Origin: Candidatus Latescibacterota bacterium
GTDB lineage: Bacteria > Latescibacterota > UBA2968
Direction: 5' to 3'
DNA length: 64,000 nt
Assembly (NCBI GenBank): GCA_965204745.1
Contig: OZ242010.1
Span: forward strand, 4,512,001-4,576,000
The notes under the pieces: generated by a model
Database searches by the model: none
Seen by the model: the letters and a program-made list of their open reading frames with translations, nothing else
Told to the model about the DNA's origin: nothing
Program-made: the position numbers and the translations under genes
In this document: piece after piece, positions 9,879-20,564 of the stretch
Position numbering within the stretch: position 1 is the first letter of the stretch
Layout of the letters: each line of letters opens with the position of its first letter

Positions 9879-10930
9879 GGAATGCCATGAAAATTCTCGT
9901 CACGGGATCACACGGCAGGGTGGGGGGCAATCTGGTCAAACGCCTGCTCGATCAAGGCCACGACATCCGCGGCTTTGTCTATCCCGGCGATGCGAGTCGG
10001 GCGGGCAAGTGGAAAGGGGTGGATGAGGTGGAGGTCGTCGAGGGCGACCTGCGCGATTTCGAGGTCGTGTCGCGCGCGGTTGAAGGCGTGGATGCCGTGT
10101 ACCATCTGGCCGCGGCCTTTGCAAGCCCACACAGCAATATCGACTATTTGCAGATCAACGGGCTGGGCACGCTGCATCTGCTCGAAGCCGTGCGCGAGAA
10201 AGTGCCCCAGTTGCAGCGTTTTGTGTACGCGTGTACAGAAGCCATCTACTGGAAGGTCGAGGAAGCGGGGCGCCTGTTCGAGAAGCCGATTTCCGAGGCG
10301 ATGGTCAGCCGAACCCATGCGATGCCGTATTTTTTGACCAAGTGGATCGGCGAAGAATTGGTGATGAATTACAGCGTGCAATACGGCCTGCCGTGCGTGG
10401 TCTGTCGGTTTGCGACCATTTTTGAACCGAGTGAATTTTTGACCGAAGACGGCGTTCCCAAATTTTGCGCCCTCAGACCGGCGCTCGACCGGTTGCGCCG
10501 CGCGAAAAATCCGACTCAACGCGCCCAATGCGCGGCCCTCGAAAAAGCATGGGCAGAGGGTGCGCGGGTGTTGATCAGCCGTTGCCCCGATGGCAGGAGT
10601 TTTAAGCAGGAGTGGGCCGATGTGCGCGATATTGCCCTCGGCCTGGCTTTGGCATTGGAACACGACCGAGCAATAGGCGAAGCGTTCACCCTTGGCGGCT
10701 TGCTCGTCGTGTGGGAAGACGATGTCCCCCAAATTGCCCAACGCCTAAGCGTGGGCTATGCAGAAGCGACCATGCCCGCGCCGAATTTTTTTGAATTTGA
10801 TCGGACCAAGGCCCAAACGCTGCTCGGCTATCGCGCCGAGCACGACTTGTGGAGCACGCTAAATACGGCGTTGGCGATGCGAGCGGGCAAAGAGACAGAT
10901 GTCGTTCCCACGGGGGTCAGGTACGGGTGA
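9875..10930 (+). CDS. NAD-dependent epimerase/dehydratase
   Basis: TGSHGRVG Rossmann motif, HLAA, YxxxK (YFLTK). Confidence 0.88.
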   Translation: MRNAMKILVTGSHGRVGGNLVKRLLDQGHDIRGFVYPGDASRAGKWKGVDEVEVVEGDLRDFEVVSRAVEGVDAVYHLAAAFASPHSNIDYLQINGLGTLHLLEAVREKVPQLQRFVYACTEAIYWKVEEAGRLFEKPISEAMVSRTHAMPYFLTKWIGEELVMNYSVQYGLPCVVCRFATIFEPSEFLTEDGVPKFCALRPALDRLRRAKNPTQRAQCAALEKAWAEGARVLISRCPDGRSFKQEWADVRDIALGLALALEHDRAIGEAFTLGGLLVVWEDDVPQIAQRLSVGYAEATMPAPNFFEFDRTKAQTLLGYRAEHDLWSTLNTALAMRAGKETDVVPTGVRYG

Positions 10931-11012
10931 GACCGCCAAATGAAAGGAATTTCTATGAGAGGAACTTCGCACATCCCCTTTCACAATGAGGTTTATCTTC
11001 GAGGAGAATTTT

Positions 11013-14000
11013 ATGAGACGCTGGAGTGAATGCAGTTCGATTCTGTTTTTTGCGGCCTTGCTCTTTGCCGCGCAACCGTTGCCTGTTCGGGCGCAATCGA
11101 CCGGGCATATCGCGGGCACAGTGGTCGATGCCGCGAGTGGCGAGAAGTTGGAATTTGTGCAATTTTACATCCAAGCGCTGAATGTGGGCGCGATGTCAGA
11201 CGAGGAAGGCCGGTTTCACATCCAAAATGTGCCGCCCGGCACGCACGAACTCAAGGCGGATTTGATCGGCTATACGGGCATCACACAGACCGTGACCGTA
11301 ACCGCCGAGCAAACGACGACGGTCGCGTTGCAGATGGCGCCTTCCGCGCTCTTTCTCGACGAAGTGGTGGTGACCGGCACGGCATTTAAGGAATCGCCCA
11401 TCAGTTTGACCTATGCGGTCGCCGTGGTGGGCCGCGACAAAATGAAGGAACAAGGGTCGCCGCAAGCCACCGATTTCTTCAAGAACATCAGTGCGAGCCA
11501 CGGCGTGATCGGCGAGCGGAACAGTTGGTACAATTCCAACCAAGCCGCCACCGTGGCGGAGAGCGTGGCCAATGTCAACCTGCGCGGTTTGGGGGCATCT
11601 CGGACGCTGGTGCTGATCAATGGTCTGCGTCAGGTGTATGTGCCGGCGCGCTTGATCGGCGGGCGCTTTGTCGATGTCAATGCCATTCCCTCTATCGCCA
11701 TCGACCGCATCGAGGTGCTCAAAGAAGGCGCCTCGGCCATCTACGGCTCGGATGCCGTGGCCGGCGTCGCCAATTTCCTGACCCGCGCGGACTTCAATGG
11801 TTTTGAAATTTCGGGCGCGTATGACCACATTGCCAATGCAGGCGATGCGAACATCGGCGCGATATGGGGTGGAAAACTCGGCAATTCCCAGGCCGTTATT
11901 TCTGCGGAATGGTTGGGCCGCCAAGAATTGGCAACCCGAGACCGCGACTACCTGCTGGTGCCTTGGCACGGGGCCGGTCAGCGCATGGGGTGGTCGAGCC
12001 TGGGCAACCCCGGCACCTTCGCTGTTGGAGCACCCGAACCCTGGACTGCCACCATCCACGCGCCGCGCTGTAAGGAGTTCGGAGGTCACAAGGAATCGTG
12101 GACCTGCCGCTTCCGCTATCAGCCCTGGGACAACCTCATCGAAGGCACGCGCCATACCCGCGCGTTTGCCGAGATCAACGGTTCGCTGGACAATGGCACC
12201 GATTACCACATCGAAGGGTTGTGGGCACAGGCCGAGATTCCCAACTGGTACACGACGCCTTCCTACCCGCCCTTTCCCATTACGGACACGCGCATCATGG
12301 AGGTCGCGCCCAACCACCCGGGCCGGGTGGCTTTTTGCCGCGAGGACTACAGCCATCTTGAGGAAGTTGAAGGTGAACACGACTACGCCGAGGAATGCGC
12401 CGGCGACGAGAATTGGTATTTCAACGGGCGGCCGTTCGGAAATTCGGGACCCGAACGCCTCTTGAGCCGCAATTCCAACACCTGGCGCGTGGCCGCTTCT
12501 GCGGATGGCGACTTCAAGGCGACCCATTTCAACTTGGGCCTCTCCTATTCCCGGTCTTCGGGCTACCTGAGCAATCCGGGCGTGTACACCGAACGCATGT
12601 TCCTCGCCTTCCGCGGCTTTGGCGGCCCGGACTGCGGCGTGGGCGTGATCGCGGACCGCGAGAACGACGCAAAGATGCGGCTCGGCGCGCTCAATGGCGC
12701 AGCCCCGGGCGTGGGCAACTGCATGTATTACAACCCGTTCAGCAACGCCATCGAGTATTCGCAACAACCCGGCGCAGATTTCGAGACCGAGCGGAATCCA
12801 TCGTACCGCGCCGACCTCGCCAACAGTGAGGCATTGCGGCAATGGCTCAACGAGGAAGTCGGTTTGTCCAGCACCGCGGATATGCTGGTTGCCGATGCGA
12901 CATTGACGGGGACATTGAGCGAAAATGTCTGGGTCAACGCGAGTTATGCCGCGGGGTATCAATTCCGCAGGCTCAATGCCACCGGCGACCCCGACGATGT
13001 GGCCGATGTCACCAAAAACCCCTGCCCGGTCGTGGGCGATACGAATTGCTCGGAGGAAGACAAGTTCGGCCCCTATCTCTTCACGAACGTGTATCGGCCC
13101 TATTCCGCAAATCAGACCGTACACCGCTTCTTCGGAGAAATTCCCCTGAGCTTGGGCGAGCGGTTCGACGTGCAACTAGCTGGGAACTACGAGTTCCACA
13201 ATTTTGCGAGCAGTTTCGATCCCAAATTCGGCTGGCGTGTGCAACTCTCGCAATCCGAGACCCACTCTTTGTTTTTGCGCGGCTCGGTGCAAACGACGTT
13301 TCGCACGCCCTCGCTGGACGATGTCAATGAAACCACGCTGACCACACTTGAATGGATCAACCAAACGGGTGCCTATCAAGCGGTGGATCGCTTCGGCAGC
13401 CCGGATCTCAAACCCGAACAGGCGTTCACCTACAACGCGGGTCTCTCTCTGGCCACCGAGGCGGGCTTTGACGCGACATTGGATTATTGGAGCTACGATT
13501 TTAGCGATGTGATCGGCGCCATGCCCTACGGTAAGATCGTGGACCTCTATGAGGCCGAAGACACAAAGGACGCTGTGAGGCAATTCATCGTCTGCCCGGA
13601 CGGCGTGGGCACCGGTACCTGCGATGCTGATGCACTCGAGCGGGTGCGAATCGATCTCGTCAATTGGCCGGGGGTCAAGACCTCGGGTTTGGATGTCCAC
13701 TTAGGCGTTCGGATACCGACAGGACCGGGGCACTTGGCGACGAGTTTGGACGCCACCTATACGTTCAACTACCGCACCAAGGCCCTCATGCTACGCGATA
13801 GCGACTTGGAGCTCCAAGGGGCGACAGACGCTGCCGGCTACCTGAATTTCGGCAACCCCATCGCGACCTCCATTCCCAAGTTGAAGGGCCAAGCATCGGC
13901 GGGCTACCACTGGAAAAACTACAGCCTCGTGAGTTACCTAAACTACATTTCGTCTTACGAGGATCGCGGATCAAAGGCGAGGGACGACAACCCAGTCATT

Positions 14001-14213
14001 CGGGACTTATTCAGCACCATCGACCCGTTCATCACTTGGGATGTGAGTTTTCTGTGGACCTTGTCCAAGAAATTCAACCTCGCACTCTCGGGGGTGAATT
14101 TGCTCGCCAAGAGGCCGCCAATGGCGAATGTCGAGCAAGCCTACGATGGCTTCACGCACACCCCCAAAGGCCGAAAATTGAAATTGGCGGTTACATATCA
14201 ACTCGCCGACTAA
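11013..14213 (+). CDS. TonB-dependent receptor with N-terminal carboxypeptidase-regulatory-like domain
   Basis: Signal peptide, EVVVTG, NLRGLG..RTLVLING and RIEVLKEGASAIYGSDAVAGV plug motifs. Confidence 0.93.
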   Translation: MRRWSECSSILFFAALLFAAQPLPVRAQSTGHIAGTVVDAASGEKLEFVQFYIQALNVGAMSDEEGRFHIQNVPPGTHELKADLIGYTGITQTVTVTAEQTTTVALQMAPSALFLDEVVVTGTAFKESPISLTYAVAVVGRDKMKEQGSPQATDFFKNISASHGVIGERNSWYNSNQAATVAESVANVNLRGLGASRTLVLINGLRQVYVPARLIGGRFVDVNAIPSIAIDRIEVLKEGASAIYGSDAVAGVANFLTRADFNGFEISGAYDHIANAGDANIGAIWGGKLGNSQAVISAEWLGRQELATRDRDYLLVPWHGAGQRMGWSSLGNPGTFAVGAPEPWTATIHAPRCKEFGGHKESWTCRFRYQPWDNLIEGTRHTRAFAEINGSLDNGTDYHIEGLWAQAEIPNWYTTPSYPPFPITDTRIMEVAPNHPGRVAFCREDYSHLEEVEGEHDYAEECAGDENWYFNGRPFGNSGPERLLSRNSNTWRVAASADGDFKATHFNLGLSYSRSSGYLSNPGVYTERMFLAFRGFGGPDCGVGVIADRENDAKMRLGALNGAAPGVGNCMYYNPFSNAIEYSQQPGADFETERNPSYRADLANSEALRQWLNEEVGLSSTADMLVADATLTGTLSENVWVNASYAAGYQFRRLNATGDPDDVADVTKNPCPVVGDTNCSEEDKFGPYLFTNVYRPYSANQTVHRFFGEIPLSLGERFDVQLAGNYEFHNFASSFDPKFGWRVQLSQSETHSLFLRGSVQTTFRTPSLDDVNETTLTTLEWINQTGAYQAVDRFGSPDLKPEQAFTYNAGLSLATEAGFDATLDYWSYDFSDVIGAMPYGKIVDLYEAEDTKDAVRQFIVCPDGVGTGTCDADALERVRIDLVNWPGVKTSGLDVHLGVRIPTGPGHLATSLDATYTFNYRTKALMLRDSDLELQGATDAAGYLNFGNPIATSIPKLKGQASAGYHWKNYSLVSYLNYISSYEDRGSKARDDNPVIRDLFSTIDPFITWDVSFLWTLSKKFNLALSGVNLLAKRPPMANVEQAYDGFTHTPKGRKLKLAVTYQLAD

Positions 14214-14234
14214 AGTTTTGCGAGCGAAAAAAAA

Positions 14235-14270
14235 ACAAAAGGCATCCGGCGATGGCCGGATGCCTTTTGT
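14235..14270. terminator. Intrinsic terminator, probably bidirectional
   Basis: Perfect 16-bp stem acaaaaggcatccggc/gccggatgccttttgt with 4-nt loop after the receptor gene. Confidence 0.85.
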
Positions 14271-14305
14271 ATCTTTGGGTTCAGCAAGTTGCCTTTCTTA
14301 GGAGA

Positions 14306-15385
14306 TAGGACTTACGCCAGGGTCATTGGTATCGCCGGTGTTTTGAGTTGTTGTCTCAAATAATCCTCCCATAAGCCATGTTTGACTTGATAGATGGTTT
14401 GTCCAGTCTGATAGGCGACTTGGGTCAGTCGTCCCCAAACGAGAAAGGCACACGCGATGTGGTTTCGCACAATGCGTGCCAATCGGCATTGACACTTTTC
14501 AAGCCCCGTTACCTGTTTTGCTTCCCGGTGAACTTGCTCAATCTTCCAACGCAAGTGGCACACCGCTTGTGCCACTGACGGGTCGGTTTGAGTCAAGTCG
14601 TTGGTTACGATATACGCCGTGCGTCTCGTCGCAGACGCGACCCGGAATACGTTCACCTTGTGGTTTTTAGGGAACCCTCTGAGTTTCATGCGTTTTCCTG
14701 TGGCCTGTTCGCGTTTTGTCCAAGTTAAGGCATCGACCCGTTGATAGGGGTTTTCACCTGACGAATCGTCCACGAGGCGATTCTTTTTGATAGGACAGTA
14801 ATAGGTCTTTTGCAAGTGCTCAATGTGAAGCATGACCGCTTTGGTGGCATACCAAGTATCCATCACCACTCGCTCAAAAGGCAGTTTTTTGTGATAGACC
14901 AAGAGTGACAACATCTCTTTGACGTGGTCTAACTTGGTTTTTCCATCCCCTTGCGGATCGTAAATGCGATAGTCAATCAGCCAAAACCGATCTTGAATCG
15001 GATTGACATACACACACGTCACCACACCGATCCCCGAGATGACCCCCTTCGCATTGCCACTGTATTGCCGACGCACGAGAGCCATCTTTTTGGCATAGCG
15101 CTTATCTAAGACCGTGTCATCAAAGAGAATTACGCCCTTTGCGGTCGACGTGAGGTGGGGTTTGACGTTTTTCCAGATCACACGCGGCGAGACGCGATCC
15201 CCACCCAGATAGCGGTTGAGCATATCATGCGTGAACCGGTCGCTGTGATCTGCGAAATGAGTCAGGGTATAATTGAGCGGACTGCTAAGCAGATACTGGC
15301 AGTAATCCAAGCGCGTTGGTTTCGCCATACAGACCTCCAAAGTGAGGATGGGGGTTCGATCCTGTTCTTTTTTGCGTAAGTCCTA
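14306..15385 (-). mobile_element. Complete IS701-family insertion sequence (1080 bp)
   Basis: 12-bp terminal inverted repeats taggacttacgc/gcgtaagtccta; 6-bp direct repeat aggaga at 14300-14305 and 15386-15391. Confidence 0.92.
14312..15328 (-). CDS. IS701-family DDE transposase
   Basis: FDDTVLDK, MDTWY and RWKIEQVHREAKQ catalytic motifs; GGAGG RBS before ATG at 15328. Confidence 0.93.
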   Translation of the reverse strand: MAKPTRLDYCQYLLSSPLNYTLTHFADHSDRFTHDMLNRYLGGDRVSPRVIWKNVKPHLTSTAKGVILFDDTVLDKRYAKKMALVRRQYSGNAKGVISGIGVVTCVYVNPIQDRFWLIDYRIYDPQGDGKTKLDHVKEMLSLLVYHKKLPFERVVMDTWYATKAVMLHIEHLQKTYYCPIKKNRLVDDSSGENPYQRVDALTWTKREQATGKRMKLRGFPKNHKVNVFRVASATRRTAYIVTNDLTQTDPSVAQAVCHLRWKIEQVHREAKQVTGLEKCQCRLARIVRNHIACAFLVWGRLTQVAYQTGQTIYQVKHGLWEDYLRQQLKTPAIPMTLA

Positions 15386-15396
15386 AGGAGAGTTCA

Positions 15397-16686
15397 ATGC
15401 GTTATCAAACACCGATTACCGATGCTCAGATCGAAGCCAATTTTCAGCATGCTGTCGAGCAATACGCGACCTTTGGCGTGGATGTTGAACGGGCCGTTGA
15501 CCGCGCGCTCGAAGTGCCGATCTCACTCCATTGTTGGCAGGCCGATGACGTGGCTGGTTTTGAAGTCAAGGATCGACCTGTCGAAGGCGGGGGCATTATG
15601 GCCACGGGCAATTACCTCGGGCGCGCGCGCAATGGCGATGAGTTGCGCCGCGATCTCAAGACCGTGATCGACCTGTTGCCCGGCCCGCACCGCGCAAACA
15701 TCCACGCGTCGTATTGCGAGACCGGAGGCCGAGTCATCGACCGCGATGCCCTTGAACCCGAGCACTTTGCAAGTTGGATCGACTGGGCAAAAACGCACGG
15801 CATTGGCATCGACTTCAACCCCACCTATTTTGCACATCCCAAAGCCAACGACGGCTTCACCTTGAGCCATGCGGACCGGGGCATCCGCGATTTCTGGATC
15901 CAGCACGGCATCGCGAGCCGCCGCATCTCTGAGGCCATTGGCAAGGCGTTGGGCGATGAGGTGGTCAACAACCACTGGATCCCGGATGGCGCGAAGGATC
16001 ACCCCGCGGATCGGTGGACCCCGCGCGAGCGTCTCGTGGAAGCCTTAGACGCGATTTTCGACGCCCGCTTGGGCATTGGCCCGGCGTGCATTGACGCGGT
16101 CGAAGGCAAACTCTTTGGCTTGGGCATGGAAGATTACACTGTGGGATCCAATGATTTTTACGCCAACTACGCCCTTAGCCGGGGCGTGCTCCTCTGCTTG
16201 GACATGGGCCATTTCCACCCCACGGAATCTATCGCTGACAAGCTCTCTGCCCATTTTGCCTTCCACGAAAAATTGCTCATCCACACCAGCCGCCCCATCC
16301 GCTGGGACTCGGATCATGTGGTGCTCTTCAGCGACGACGTCCGCAATGTGTTTCTCGAACTCGCCCGGCACGACGCCATCGACCGCATGTATCTCGCGCT
16401 CGATTTCTTCGACGCCAGCATCAACCGCATCGCCGCGTACGTCATCGGCACACGCGCCACGCGCAAAGCCCTCCTCTACGGGCTTGTCGATCCCACGGCC
16501 CGCCTGCGCCAACTCGAAGCCGAAGGCAAAAACGCGCAAAAACTCGCGCTCATGGAAGCCATGAAAACCATGCCCTTCTCCGCGGTGTGGGACATGTGTT
16601 GCCTCAAAGCCAACGTGCCTATCGGCGCGGCGTGGCTCAACGCTGTGGAAGCCTACGAGCGCGAGGTGTTGGCGCGAAGGGATTGA
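15397..16686 (+). CDS. rhaA: L-rhamnose isomerase
   Basis: SLHCWQADDV, ATGNY.GRAR, DMGHFHPTE, RPIRWDSDHVV and LDFFDASINR motifs. Confidence 0.96.
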   Translation: MRYQTPITDAQIEANFQHAVEQYATFGVDVERAVDRALEVPISLHCWQADDVAGFEVKDRPVEGGGIMATGNYLGRARNGDELRRDLKTVIDLLPGPHRANIHASYCETGGRVIDRDALEPEHFASWIDWAKTHGIGIDFNPTYFAHPKANDGFTLSHADRGIRDFWIQHGIASRRISEAIGKALGDEVVNNHWIPDGAKDHPADRWTPRERLVEALDAIFDARLGIGPACIDAVEGKLFGLGMEDYTVGSNDFYANYALSRGVLLCLDMGHFHPTESIADKLSAHFAFHEKLLIHTSRPIRWDSDHVVLFSDDVRNVFLELARHDAIDRMYLALDFFDASINRIAAYVIGTRATRKALLYGLVDPTARLRQLEAEGKNAQKLALMEAMKTMPFSAVWDMCCLKANVPIGAAWLNAVEAYEREVLARRD

Positions 16687-16713
16687 GAGGGAAGGAACGC
16701 AGGGAGAGGCACT

Positions 16714-17445
16714 TCACGACAGCATCAATTTCAGCCCAATGCACAATGCTAAGACCAACACGCTGCGGTTGAACCACAGGGGCGACAAGCGGTGGTTCAA
16801 GAACAAGCCGGCCGCCGCACCCAAGCACAACACCGGCAACATCCACACATCCATCATCAAACTCTGCGGGTTGATCATGCCCAAAAAAACATAAGGTATC
16901 ATTTTTAACACGTTCAACACGATGCCAAAAACCCAAGCCGTGCCCACAAACGTGCGCCCGGTGAGGCCCTGCGGCAACAAGTACAACATCAAAATCACCC
17001 CGCCTGCGGAGAGCAAGGTGGAGACCGCGCCCAACGTAATGCCGACGCCAAACCGCATCCACGGCCCGGTGGGTTTGACATTGCCCAATACGCGATCTCT
17101 GAACGCTTGTAGCATTGCAAAAACACACGCCATCGCGCCCAGAACGCGCCGAAACCAGACCTCGGGCACGAGGTCCAAAATGCCCGCGCCTATCGCAATC
17201 CCAAGCACCATGCCGGGCAGGAGTGCCCTGACGTGCTCGCCGACCCAGTGCCCCCAGTAGTAGCGCGCGCTGATCGCATCTGTCGCCAATGACAAGGGCA
17301 AAATCAGCCCCAATGCGGCCTTCGCCGGAATCGCCAATGCGAGCACGGGCGCGGCCACCACCCCAATGCCCCCGCCAAATCCCGCGCGCATCACGCCGAT
17401 CAAAAACCCACCCGCGCCCAATACGACCAAATCAATTGTTTCCAA
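16714..17445 (-). CDS. Sulfite exporter TauE/SafE family protein
   Basis: GFGGG.G...AP motif and about 8 TM segments. Confidence 0.85.
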   Translation of the reverse strand: METIDLVVLGAGGFLIGVMRAGFGGGIGVVAAPVLALAIPAKAALGLILPLSLATDAISARYYWGHWVGEHVRALLPGMVLGIAIGAGILDLVPEVWFRRVLGAMACVFAMLQAFRDRVLGNVKPTGPWMRFGVGITLGAVSTLLSAGGVILMLYLLPQGLTGRTFVGTAWVFGIVLNVLKMIPYVFLGMINPQSLMMDVWMLPVLCLGAAAGLFLNHRLSPLWFNRSVLVLALCIGLKLMLS

Positions 17446-17526
17446 AAAATCACCTGTGAAAATCAGCGATCAACTTTCCAGCCCGCCGGCCCTCGCGTTA
17501 AGCGCGTTAAGGCGGATGGATTCGCT

Positions 17527-18984
17527 TTACTGAACAAATCCCAACGCGCGGTGGATAAAGCGGGGATCGATCACGACAGCGGGCTTGGTGTTGGACGTTG
17601 GGGCGATTGTTTTTCCAAAAGCAGCGGCGAACGCGAGAAAGTCCGAAAAGCCGACCATCCCATCGGCGTCAAAGTCGAATCGCGGATCAAAATCCGGGTC
17701 GGAACTACTCAGTCCAAAGTGCGCGGCGAACGCGAGAAAGTCGTAGAAATCGATGGTGCGATTGTCATCAAAATCGAAGGCTATGAGGCCGGATCGAACC
17801 TTTTCAACGTAGGCGAATAACCCAGCGAGATCCCGAGGAGATTCCGCGATCAAGACATCGGTGCCGCGCTGGTCAATCTTGAAGTCCTCAGTCCCGCGCC
17901 ATTTGATTGCGAGCACGTCTCGGTACGCGGTCGTGAACTCTGTCGCATCCTGTTCCGTATCCCAAGTCGTGAACAAGACGAGCGCGAAGGTGTTCTGTTG
18001 CCGACGTTTGAAAACCGCATACTGATCGCCATGCCAACCCGCGGCCGCGGCATGCGCTGTTTCGATATCAAAGGCGTTGAAGATGATTCTGAAGCCGAGT
18101 TCGCCCAGCGTATTCCTGTCCAGTTCATCCCAATCGCCTGCAAAAGGCTCACGCGCCAAAGCGGGAAGGGCGATCTCCTCGGGCAATTCCCATGCGATGT
18201 ATTTGTCTGGGTGCAGGATGTGTTCCGATGATGCTGGCAGATTGATATAGGCGCGATTCACCGCGGCCCAGCCTCCGTGTCGCTTCAGGGCAAAGACAAA
18301 AGCCCGGCCGCGCACGTAGGGTGTATGCCACTGCTCAAACAAAAAGCCGGGGCCACCTTCGGACGGCATCACGTTGAGGGCATCGTTTATGACCCGCTGT
18401 AGTATGGAATCTGGCACCACTAGGCCAGCGCGTGCGTTCTCCACGAGGAGTTCGACCAGCGTTGCCCCGCCTTCAACCAGAGCCTGCCGAGCGATCAATT
18501 GATCGGCGTTCTTCGCGCCTGTGAGCAGGCGGTCAAGTCCAAAGTGCATATCCTGGAGCGCGTGTACGAGTTCATGCGCCATGATCGACGCGAGGTCCGC
18601 TTCCTCTGGGGGATATTCCCTCATTGGGATGTTGATAGAGCGGTCTGCTGGCTCGTAATAGGGAGGAAGGGGGCCCTCCGAGGCCCCTGTTATTATCTCA
18701 CTGTTGAGCGGGGTTTCACCGCGATAAAGTCCGATAGTGCGGATGATCTGATCGTAGTTTTCAAGATACGCCTGCGGATAAAACTCAGAGGCGTCGAAGG
18801 TGTCGAGATCCGCGGCTGAATAATAATGCACCGTGAACGGCCGGATAAAGTCGAGTGATCGCACCGCCGAGACCTCTGGTTTAATCTTCGCACTCAGCGA
18901 GTCCAAGTCCGGAAGATTTTGCGACAGCGCGACAGAGGGGATCGCGAGGATCGCCCATGCAATGCAACAACATTTTTTCACCAT
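17527..18984 (-). CDS. Secreted zincin-like protein with C-terminal EF-hand/dockerin-like domain (paralog 2)
   Basis: Signal peptide, AHELVHALQD, ALVEG, DFDDNRTIDFYDF and DFDADGMVGFSDF. Confidence 0.8.
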   Translation of the reverse strand: MVKKCCCIAWAILAIPSVALSQNLPDLDSLSAKIKPEVSAVRSLDFIRPFTVHYYSAADLDTFDASEFYPQAYLENYDQIIRTIGLYRGETPLNSEIITGASEGPLPPYYEPADRSINIPMREYPPEEADLASIMAHELVHALQDMHFGLDRLLTGAKNADQLIARQALVEGGATLVELLVENARAGLVVPDSILQRVINDALNVMPSEGGPGFLFEQWHTPYVRGRAFVFALKRHGGWAAVNRAYINLPASSEHILHPDKYIAWELPEEIALPALAREPFAGDWDELDRNTLGELGFRIIFNAFDIETAHAAAAGWHGDQYAVFKRRQQNTFALVLFTTWDTEQDATEFTTAYRDVLAIKWRGTEDFKIDQRGTDVLIAESPRDLAGLFAYVEKVRSGLIAFDFDDNRTIDFYDFLAFAAHFGLSSSDPDFDPRFDFDADGMVGFSDFLAFAAAFGKTIAPTSNTKPAVVIDPRFIHRALGFVQ

Positions 18985-19031
18985 TTTGAACTCCTTTTTG
19001 AAAGTCAGCGGTCAGTCTGCCTGCCCTCGCT

Positions 19032-20564
19032 TTACCGGACAAATCCCAACGCACGGTGGATAAAGCGGGGATCGATCACGACAGCGGGCTTGGTGTTGGG
19101 CGTTGGGGCGATTGTTTTTCCAAAAGCAGCGGCGAACTTGAGAAAGTCCGAAAAGCCGACCATCCCATCGTCGTCAAAGTCGAATCGCGGATCAAAATCC
19201 GGGTCGGAACTACTCAGTCCAAAGTGCGCGGCGAACGCGAGAAAGTCGTAGAAATCGATGGTGCGATCGCCATCAAAATCGAAGTCTGCGAGGGCCAAGG
19301 TGGGCGTGGATCGAACCTTTTTGACGTAGGCGAATAGCCCATCGAGATCCCGAGGCGATTCCGCGATCAAGACATCGGTGCCGCGCTGATCAATTCTGAA
19401 GTCCGTGGTCCCACGCCGTTTGATTGCGAGCACGTCTCGGTACGCGGTCGTGAACTCTGTCGCGTCCTGTTCCGTATCCCAAGTCGTGAACAAGACGAGC
19501 GCGGGGGTGTTCTCCTGCCGATGTTTGAAAACCGCATACTGATCGCCATGCCAACCCGCGGCCGCGGCGTGCGCGGTTTCGACATTCAAATCAAAGGCGT
19601 TGAAGATGATTCTGAAGCCAAGTTCGCCCAGCGTATCCATGTCTAACAATTCCCAATCGCCTGCAAAGTGCTCACGCGCCAAATCGGGAAGGGCGATCTC
19701 CTCGGGCGATTCCCCCGCGATGTATTTGTCTGGGTGCAGGATGTGCTCCGATGACGCTGGCAGACGGGTATAGGCGCGATTCACCGCATTCCAACCGCCA
19801 TATCTCTTCAGGGCAAAGACAAAGGCCAGCCCTCGGTAGTAGGGGGCGAGCAGAGAAAAATAAAAAAAGTCGGGCGTCTCGTCGATCTCTTTGACGATCT
19901 GTGGATCGGACTCTTCGTCCTTGGCTCGTCGCTTAAATTCGTCAACACTGATGTTGGCAACTATGTCTATGGTTTCCTGGAGCTCAGTATCTGGTACTGT
20001 TCGCCCCGTGGCAGCGAACAACCAAAGGGTTTCGACCAGCGTTGCCTCGCCTTCGACCAGAGCCTGCCGAGCGATCAGTTGATCGCTGTGCGTGGCGTCG
20101 CTGAGCAAGCGGCCGAGTCCAAAGTGCATATCCTGGAGCGCGTGTACGAGTTCATGGGCCATGATCAATTCGAGGTCCCCTGGGGGATATGTTCTGATTG
20201 GGATGTTGACAGAGCGGGTTTCGGGATCGTAATAGGCGGCGACCGCGGTCTGAGTGGCCCCTGTGATCGTCTCAATGCTGATCGGCACGCCGCCGTGATG
20301 AAGCCCGATGGCGCGGATGATCAGATCGTAGTTTTGACGATAGTTTTGCGGCAACATATTCGCGCTGGCATCTATGAAGGCACTGATCTCCGCGTTTGTC
20401 TGATAGCGCACTTCGAACGGACGGATAAACCGGAGGGAGCGAATTTGCGCGATCTGCGGCGCGATTCTTTCGCGCAACGCGATCAAATCCGGGCGGTTTT
20501 GCGACCACGCGACCACGGGAATCGCGAGGATCGCCAATGCAATGCAACAACATTTTTTTACCAT
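19032..20564 (-). CDS. Secreted zincin-like protein with C-terminal EF-hand/dockerin-like domain (paralog 1)
   Basis: Same motifs; start MVKKCC at 20564 with AAGGAG RBS. Confidence 0.8.
   Translation of the reverse strand: MVKKCCCIALAILAIPVVAWSQNRPDLIALRERIAPQIAQIRSLRFIRPFEVRYQTNAEISAFIDASANMLPQNYRQNYDLIIRAIGLHHGGVPISIETITGATQTAVAAYYDPETRSVNIPIRTYPPGDLELIMAHELVHALQDMHFGLGRLLSDATHSDQLIARQALVEGEATLVETLWLFAATGRTVPDTELQETIDIVANISVDEFKRRAKDEESDPQIVKEIDETPDFFYFSLLAPYYRGLAFVFALKRYGGWNAVNRAYTRLPASSEHILHPDKYIAGESPEEIALPDLAREHFAGDWELLDMDTLGELGFRIIFNAFDLNVETAHAAAAGWHGDQYAVFKHRQENTPALVLFTTWDTEQDATEFTTAYRDVLAIKRRGTTDFRIDQRGTDVLIAESPRDLDGLFAYVKKVRSTPTLALADFDFDGDRTIDFYDFLAFAAHFGLSSSDPDFDPRFDFDDDGMVGFSDFLKFAAAFGKTIAPTPNTKPAVVIDPRFIHRALGFVR

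Noticed and set aside
11196-13175. 659-aa antisense ORF, and similar long shadow ORFs such as 23944-25881 and 49089-50447
   Set aside because: They lie opposite well-supported genes in GC-rich DNA and show no protein motifs
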